Source: Octopus vulgaris (taxonomy: Eukaryota). Taken from it: a stretch of 64,000 nt of DNA. Every line of letters starts with the position of its first letter. Within the stretch, counting starts at the first letter, position 1. Positions 55,280 through 64,000 of this stretch are shown in pieces. The notes beneath the pieces were generated by a model. That model did not search any database. It was given only the letters and a program-made list of their open reading frames with translations, and was not told the DNA's origin. The stretch lies in NCBI GenBank assembly GCA_951406725.2, contig OX597835.1, positions 12,586,001-12,650,000 on the forward strand. The letters run 5' to 3'. The translations under genes and the position numbers were made by a program.

Positions 55280-55800
55280 GCGGCGTACGTACACTTTGTT
55301 CTCTTATATATAAATATGCATGCATGTATGTATGTATGTTTGTATGTATGTATGTATGTATGTATGTATGTATGTATGTATGTATATATGTATGTCCGTA
55401 TGTATTTATGTATGTATGTATGTATGTATGTATGTATGTGTGTATGTGTGCATGCGTGCGTTCTTTGTGACATTGTGTGTGGTCTTTGTGCCTGTGATTG
55501 TTCCCCCACCACCACCACCGCTTGACAACTGGTGTTGGTTTATTTACGTCCGCATAACTAATCAGTTCGGCAAAGGACACCGGTAGAAGCAGTACCAGAC
55601 TTTAAAAAAAAACAAAAAAAAAACAGACAAACAAAAAACAAAACAAAACAAAACCCCCCAAAAGTGCTTGGGTCGATTTATTCGACAACAAATCCTTCAA
55701 AGGTGGCGCCCCGGCATGGCAGCAGTCCATTGACAAAGACAATATAAAAAATAAAAGACAATATAAAAAATAAAAGACAATATAAAAAATAAAGGAGATA
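54793..55800 (+). mobile_element. Old SINE family A split into 5' (54793-54946) and 3' (~55480-55800) halves by nested insertions
   Basis: 5' half ends CTGAAAGAAGCCTGTC; 3' half begins ...CCGCTTGACAACTGGTGTTGG; the interval holds a fold-back element and (TATG)n. Confidence 0.75.
54980..55246. mobile_element. Fold-back element (~95-bp imperfect inverted arms) in (TA)n
   Basis: AAAATACAAAATAGGACAAGAAC...CATCCGGACAACTA.GTGATACAAAAAGGGACAAC versus its reverse complement at ~55150-55246. Confidence 0.85.
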
Positions 55801-56466
55801 AAAGACATGATTGAATTTTGTCCGAAAATAGCCGATCCTTATTCCTCTGCGAGTATCGTTGCCTCCCCCCGCCGCCACTGGTTATTCCTTCGTTACTATA
55901 TTAGCACGCCGTCATTCGCTTCTATTTTAACACCTTCGTCTTTCTGTCTATCTTCCTCTAATTACTACATGTTTCAACCTTGACACTTTCGGCTCCCAAC
56001 AACGTTAGCTCATCCATTTACTCCATTTTACTTTCCGGCTACTTTAAAACTTCTCCTTTCTCTCCTATCCTATAATTGTTTAGCTGTCTCTTTCTTCCAT
56101 TTGTCATTCCTTTAATTAGCTTGTTTTGATAGGAGCGATCTCTACTAATTTAAGAACTTTATTTTCTTAAGATTTTCTTAATTCCAAACCTGACATTTCC
56201 TTCGTCCATGTTAAGACGTTTAACTGCCGTCCATTTTACATTGCCTGAGCCTTCGTTTTATAATCGGAATTCTTCTCTCCTTGTTTAATAACTTGCTAAT
56301 TATAGTTTTATCATTAAGTTTGACAAGGTCATTTTGACAGAAATTCTATTGCGGTTCGTCATAAAACAAAACTTTTCTCTCTATTTAAATACTTTGAGTC
56401 CATTATATTTTAGCTAGTAGCATATCTACTCTCAGAACTCCCATTTGGCTGTATATGTATATATAT

Positions 56467-56503
<37 letters not shown>

Positions 56504-56532
56504 CATACGTACATATATATGTATAATGTATA

Positions 56533-56907
<375 letters not shown>

Positions 56908-58156
56908 CATATATATATATATATATATATTCAAATTAATACTCATACACACACACACACACACACACACACAAATATATGGTGTAAAATATACAAAATA
57001 CGTAAATTAATGTTATCTGCATTATGATGTATAAAACGAAAGCAATGCATTTTTCTCTCTTGTTAGCGTTTATAAGATGCCTGTGCATAACATTCACATG
57101 TTTTTTCCTGCAGCCATCATCTTACGACAATTACAGCAAAACATTAACAAAAGCAATCTCACTTGCCTTCGAGGGCCTACGAAGGTCAAGGTCATAGCCC
57201 CTTTATTTAAGCCAAATCGATAGAAATAAAATTACAGATTGCCAAAGCAAAATTACATATTGCCTGTTTCGGCTTTCTTAACCCAGCAATCTTTCTTGCT
57301 CAAAGAGGAGAAATATCCTGGAGTGTTGGATAATTTACAAGCCGTGTTGTATTATCTTTAGTTTTGTTCTGTCAGCGAAGATTCTTGTTTGTGAAAGAAA
57401 GAAAGGAAAAGGTTCAATAATATTTAATTTTTCCTTTCCATAGTATCACGTGATAAATCACACGGTATTTATCCCACAAACTCAAATACATAGAGAGCAA
57501 CATGTCAGCACTTACTTCGTCTAAGATCTTTAAATTAAGCGTACTTCATTTAGTTTTGGCACGGCAGCATTTAAATGTAGTCTTCAAATTGTTTTGTGGT
57601 CCTTAAATGTATCGTAGGTTTTTTTATTCAACGAAGGGGTTTAACGTTGGTTCCGAATGATACATTTTAAAAGGGTGTGTTGCAACTGCATCTAGTAGTT
57701 ATTGTTTTTGTTGATACAAATGTTTTTTTTTTTATGTAGGAATGTGCAAACCATATTATGTTACCCGCTCCCCACGGCATAAAACATATGCCACAGTTCG
57801 TATTAGTTTCATCGTTCAACTTTGTTTTATTTGCGAATATGAATATGGTTTCAGAGGACTTTAGTCATGCTTCCACATACATATCATACAGCAACACACA
57901 CACACACACACACACACACGTGGTGACGGAAGTTGTCCGTGTGTATTTACTTTGTATTCCGAAACCATCCAACAAACGCGCACAGTCATATATATTTTTA
58001 TTCACATCCTCCTAGGAAAGTCTTGTATTACATATTAAAAAATGTCGGCATATACATATGCATACATAGATGGATAGATAGATACATACATACATACTTG
58101 TATATAAATATACATATATATATATGCATACATATATACATACATACATATATATA

Positions 58157-58227
<71 letters not shown>

Positions 58228-58327
58228 GGAGTAAACACATGAATGTGAAACAAGGTGGAAAAAAGAGTACTCAAATACCAGTGGTTGAGTAATATGCTTT
58301 ATTTAAAGCAGCAGAAAATTCAACAAA

Positions 58328-58368
<41 letters not shown>

Positions 58369-58566
58369 AATATATATATATGTATATATATATATATGTA
58401 TATATGTGTATATACATATGTATATATATATGTATATATATATGTATATATGCATATATATTATATATATATATGTATTTATATGTATATATATGTATTT
58501 CTATATATATACATATATTCACACACATAAATAAATATATACATATACATATATACATGCATATAT

Positions 58567-58784
58567 ACTCTTTTATTTGTTTCAGCCATTTGATTGTGGC
58601 CATGCCGGAGCACCGCCTTTAGTCAAACAAATCGATCCCAGAGCTTATTCTTTGTTAGCCTAGTACTTATTCTACCGGTCTCTTTTGCTGAACCGCTAAG
58701 TTACGGGAACATAAACACACCAGCATCGATTGTCAAGCGATGTTGGAGGGACAAACGCAGAGACACAAATATATATATACATAT

Positions 58785-58863
<79 letters not shown>

Positions 58864-59020
58864 TACATATACGACGGGCTTCTTCCAGTTTCCATCTACC
58901 TAATCCACTCACAAGGCTTTGGTCGGCCCGAGGCCACAGTAGAAGACACTTGTCCAAGGTGCCACGCAGTGGGACTGAACCTAGGACCATGTGATTGGCA
59001 AGCAAGCTACTTACAACACA
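58567..59020 (-). mobile_element. SINE family A
   Basis: Full family A motifs, moderately diverged. Confidence 0.88.
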
Positions 59021-59309
59021 TATATATACGTATAAATACATACATATACATATATATATATATATACATACACACACACGCATATATATATATATATACA
59101 TACATATACATATCTATCAATTTATTTGTGTGTGTGTATTTGTTTGTGTGTGTGTGTGTAAATCCATTAATGTTAATTTTAATTACCTTTTTCTGATGAT
59201 ATCTGAAAAGAAGAAGAGAAACCCCAATTTTAGCAAAAGATATTAAGCAACACTGATAATATATTCAAAAACATAAAAATAAACAAGCTTTTGATGGTTT
59301 TATACATAA

Positions 59310-59480
59310 GCGCAGGAGTGGCTGTGTGGTAAGTAGCTTGCTTACCAACCACATGGTTCCGGGTTCAGTCCCACTGTGTGACATCTTGGGCAAGTGTCTT
59401 CTGCTATAGCCCCGGGCCGACCAATGCCTTGTGAGTGGATTTGGTAGACGGAAACTGAAAGAAGCCTGTCGTATATATGA

Positions 59481-59518
<38 letters not shown>

Positions 59519-59622
59519 CCAAAGAATAAGTCCCGGGGTCGATTTGCTCGACTAAAGGCGGTGCTCCAGCATGGCCGCAGTCAAATGACTGAAACAAGTA
59601 AAAGAGAAAAGAGAAAAAGAGA
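59310..59622 (+). mobile_element. SINE family A with a ~95-bp internal deletion
   Basis: GTGTGTGTCC joins directly to AAAGAATAAGTCCC; compare 28431-28530. Confidence 0.9.
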
Positions 59623-59677
59623 ATTCAAAATTATGATGTTATGACGCTAGGTGTTTCCATTATTTTGTCCAACCCCT

Positions 59678-59776
<99 letters not shown>

Positions 59777-60053
59777 TGCCACAAGAAAAACCCGTAACGA
59801 AACATTGTAGCGCAACCGTATAATCCATTCTTCTGTTTTTACTTTTATCATTATATTACGCCGCGCAGAAAATTCTACTCTATTTTGGAGACTCTTGGAT
59901 TTGCGAATTACTAAACATCAGTGAATTTCCCTTCATTGATGAACACTTCACTAATGGAATGGATTGTTTGTCTATTGATTGGTTCCATTACTGTCCAGCC
60001 ATCAAGTGTTCTGCACTTTCATATACCTCCATCTTTAAATAGATCCTCTTCAC

Positions 60054-60126
<73 letters not shown>

Positions 60127-60175
60127 TTGCCTGTCGTCCGTCTGTCTGTCTATCCATCCATACCTTTCTTTCTCC

Positions 60176-60252
<77 letters not shown>

Positions 60253-60424
60253 ATATATATTTGTATACCCATATTTAATATATTGATTTTTCCGCATAAT
60301 TGCCGCCATATCATCTCAACTTGACCCCTTCTAATAGCCATTCTGATCCCTTATTTTCAATCATTTGAGTGCCATTATACTGGCCATCTCTGGATCTCAT
60401 CAGTTGAATATATATATGTATATA

Positions 60425-60768
60425 CTCTTTACTCTTACGTGTTTCAGTCATTTGACTGTGGCCATACTGGAGTACCGCCTTCAGTCGAGCAAATCGACCC
60501 CAGGACTTATTCTTTGTAAGCCTAGTACATATTATATCGGTATATTTTGCCGAACAGCTAAGTTATGCAGACGTAAACACACCAGCATTGGTTGTCAAGC
60601 GATGTTGGGGTGGGGGGAGAAACACAGACACACATACCATATATATTTATATATACGACGGGCTTCTTTCAGTTTCCGTCTACCGAATCCACTCACAAGT
60701 CTTTGGTCGGCCCGAGGCTACAGTAGAAGTCACTTGCCCAAGGTGCCACGCATGTGGGTCGTAAGCAA
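60425..60768 (-). mobile_element. SINE family A, diverged
   Basis: Family A motifs. Confidence 0.85.
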
Positions 60769-60794
60769 ATATATATACATGATGGGAAGGCTAT

Positions 60795-60950
60795 TCTGTA
60801 GTATGACGACTCGTTTACAGCTGAGGAGACTGGAGTGATGTGAAATGAAGTGTTTTGCTCAAGAACACAAAGCACCGTTCGTTCCGGAATCGAACCCACG
60901 ATCGCTAGGTTTTGAGTGCAACACTTCTAACCCCTGAGCCACGTGCCTTC
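60795..60950 (-). mobile_element. SINE family C fragment
   Basis: Reverse complement of GAAGGCACGTGGCTCAGGGGTTAGAAG...GGTTCGATTCC...TGTGTTCTTGAGCAAAACACTTCATTTCAC. Confidence 0.8.
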
Positions 60951-60994
60951 CCATAAACATACACATCTCTGAAAAAAAATCTATATACATATAC

Positions 60995-61034
<40 letters not shown>

Positions 61035-61178
61035 GTGCATATCATTTAAGTTCGAGGAAGGCAACACACACTCACACACACACACACACGCAAATACACA
61101 CATACACACACTCACACACACACACAAACACACACGCACACACGTACACACCACACACACACACACACACACACACAA

Positions 61179-61253
<75 letters not shown>

Positions 61254-61696
61254 CACACGTACACACACCACACACACACACACGTTCATACAAATGTGCA
61301 CGGAGCACGTAGCCACCTTAATACGTTTATCATGTATTCACAACACATTTTGGTGTCAGAATATAATAATTTATCTCGGTCTATAGATTTGAGAAATGCC
61401 TTTAGTTATAACAACTGTTACACACGAACACACAGCACACACACACACACTCTCACACACACAAACATAGTACACACACCCACGTATTAGTGTGTGTGTG
61501 TGTGTGTGTGCTGTGTGTGTTATATATTATGCTGTATAGAAAGTATAAAAATTAAAGCTATCTATATGATAATATATGAATTGAAAATATACATCTTTTC
61601 TCTCTTGTTTTTTGTATTTTAAGTTTTCTTTATATATTAATTTAACACATATTCACACATGTTTGCATGTGTATATATCAACAAGCAGTTATATAG

Positions 61697-61801
<105 letters not shown>

Positions 61802-61863
61802 CATACACACACATCTATGTATGTAGATGCGTACTTACAGACAAACCTAGAGTGTGTGCATAA

Positions 61864-61894
<31 letters not shown>

Positions 61895-61895
61895 A

Positions 61896-61939
<44 letters not shown>

Positions 61940-61947
<8 letters not shown>

Positions 61948-62340
61948 ACGCAAACACATAGATATTTATATATACATACATGCATACACACATACGCCTA
62001 CACATATATACATACGCTAACACAGTTATTTATATATACATACATGCATGCACACACACAAACATCTATATCTACGCAAACACAAAGATATGTATATATA
62101 CATACATGCATACACACATACACCTACACAAACTCAGATATAAATATATACATACATGCATACACACACACATACAGCTGTATCTACGCAAATACATAGA
62201 TATGTATATATACATACATCATTAACACCTACACCTACACATATATATCTACGCAAACACAGATATTTATATATACATACATGCATACACACACAGACAT
62301 ATATATATATATCTACGCATACACATAGATATGTATATAC
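61940..62340. repeat. Degenerate ~55-65-bp minisatellite built from microsatellite pieces
   Basis: About 7 copies of ATCTACGCAAACACATAGATAT..ATATATACATACATGCATACACAC. Confidence 0.8.
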
Positions 62341-62506
62341 TGTGTATTCATATACATACATAGTTACACACATACATACACACACACATATACCTTCATG
62401 TATTTATGCAAATATCTGCGTATATAGCTATGTATACTTGCGTTTGTGTATGTATACACGAAATAAATTACATGCATATACATACATACATACATACATA
62501 CATACA

Positions 62507-62541
<35 letters not shown>

Positions 62542-62662
62542 GTATATATATATACATACATATATATATGTATATATATACATACATATATATATATATG
62601 TATATATATATACATATATATATATGTATATATATACATACATATATATATATATGTATATA

Positions 62663-62702
<40 letters not shown>

Positions 62703-62889
62703 ATGTATTTCTAATAATCTCCCTTGAGGTTGCCCAGTCAATTGAACCAATGAATGAGACACACACACACACACACATAGACATAAATATTCACACACAT
62801 ACGTGTAGTCATATATATTTGCCTATGTATACACACACACACACACTCGCAACAGAAAATGTATATACACACAAGGTAAATAAATAAAC

Positions 62890-63410
62890 ATCTTACAAAT
62901 GCTGTTAGCGCATTCTAGCGCAGACACATGAATGGTCGATCTTGATAAGGAGAAGGGACCTCCGTCGGTCAAACGTTGATCATGGATCTGCACTTTTATA
63001 TGATGGCCTGTGTAAGATCTTTCAAAGGAAGTCTGGTAAATGTCTCTGAGTGTAGGTCCACACTTTCCACACCATAGAAGCTTATCCAAAAGGAAGGCTG
63101 CCACCGTGGACCAATAGAGCTTGGTAGCTGTGATTTGTTGAAGACGCTGCTGTCAGAATACCAGGAGATGGATGAAACACCACAAGGCATCTTGTATGAT
63201 CATCTTTCAGTTCCGTCATCCATTATCCTGGGTGGGTATCTTTTTACCAATTCTAAAAGATAAAAAAATGTAAGAGGTGACTGAAGTAGGAAATGAACTT
63301 GTATGGTAGAGACTCAGAACAAAACTAGCACCACGCATTCCAATGGCTTTACCAATGCTCCGTCGGCCTAGAATGCTACACTTCTCGACATAAAAATCCT
63401 TTATTTCTCT
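62890..63410 (-). pseudogene. Possible very decayed LINE (RTE-like) ORF remnant
   Basis: Minus-strand SLYHTSSFP... and ISWYSDSSVFNKSQLPSSI loosely resemble LY....P.L.Y and I.W.D..SN..VL....PSI. Confidence 0.35.
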
Positions 63411-63646
63411 CAAACACATTTATATACACTTGCGGCTAAATAGAATAATCTACACGAGTGCATACTTCCACGCGTGTACAAACTGCATACATAAATATAT
63501 GAAGACATACATGTATACATAGATACATGCGTACGTACATGTACATATACGTGTACAATACCTCCATACGGAAGCATACGTACGTACATGCAAACATACG
63601 AACACGTTCATACCTACCTACCTACCTACCTACCTACCTACCTACA

Positions 63647-63677
<31 letters not shown>

Positions 63678-64000
63678 TTACATACATACATACATACATA
63701 CATAGTTACATACATACATACATACATACATGCATGCATATATATATATACCTATATACACGCATACACACATACTTGCATGCACAGTCACATCTATACA
63801 TACACACATAAATACATACATATTTACATACATACATGCATACATACATACACACACATACATACATACATGCATACATACATACATACATACATACATG
63901 TATATATATATATATATATATTCATATATACACGCATACACACATACTTGCATGCACAGTCACATCTATACATACTCACATACATACATACGTGCGTAAT

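Overview
AT-rich, microsatellite-saturated eukaryotic nuclear DNA, most likely a coleoid cephalopod (octopus-like). That call is inferred from a mollusc-type mitochondrial nad6 insertion and a repeat landscape dominated by tRNA-derived SINEs. I find no intact protein-coding gene: nearly all ORFs in the track are translations of (TA)n, (CA)n, (TATC)n, (TATG)n, (TAA)n or (GAA)n repeats or of SINEs. The window reads as intergenic or deep intronic DNA built from: several tRNA-SINE families with swapped heads and tails; decayed R4/Dong-like, RTE and mariner elements; hAT, Tigger and mariner MITEs; a Helitron inserted in a nad6 NUMT; and 71-bp and 97-bp minisatellites. The most striking signal is a set of short, sequence-unrelated non-coding elements, mostly at (TA)n tracts, that carry type I hammerhead ribozyme folds (364-398, 2719-2804/2878-2963, 7913-7969, 28823-28879, and a half motif at 56767-56778). 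Several of these sit in long fold-back palindromes, the signature of Penelope-like element termini or retrozyme-like RNAs. All calls were made by eye; no database search or folding program was run.
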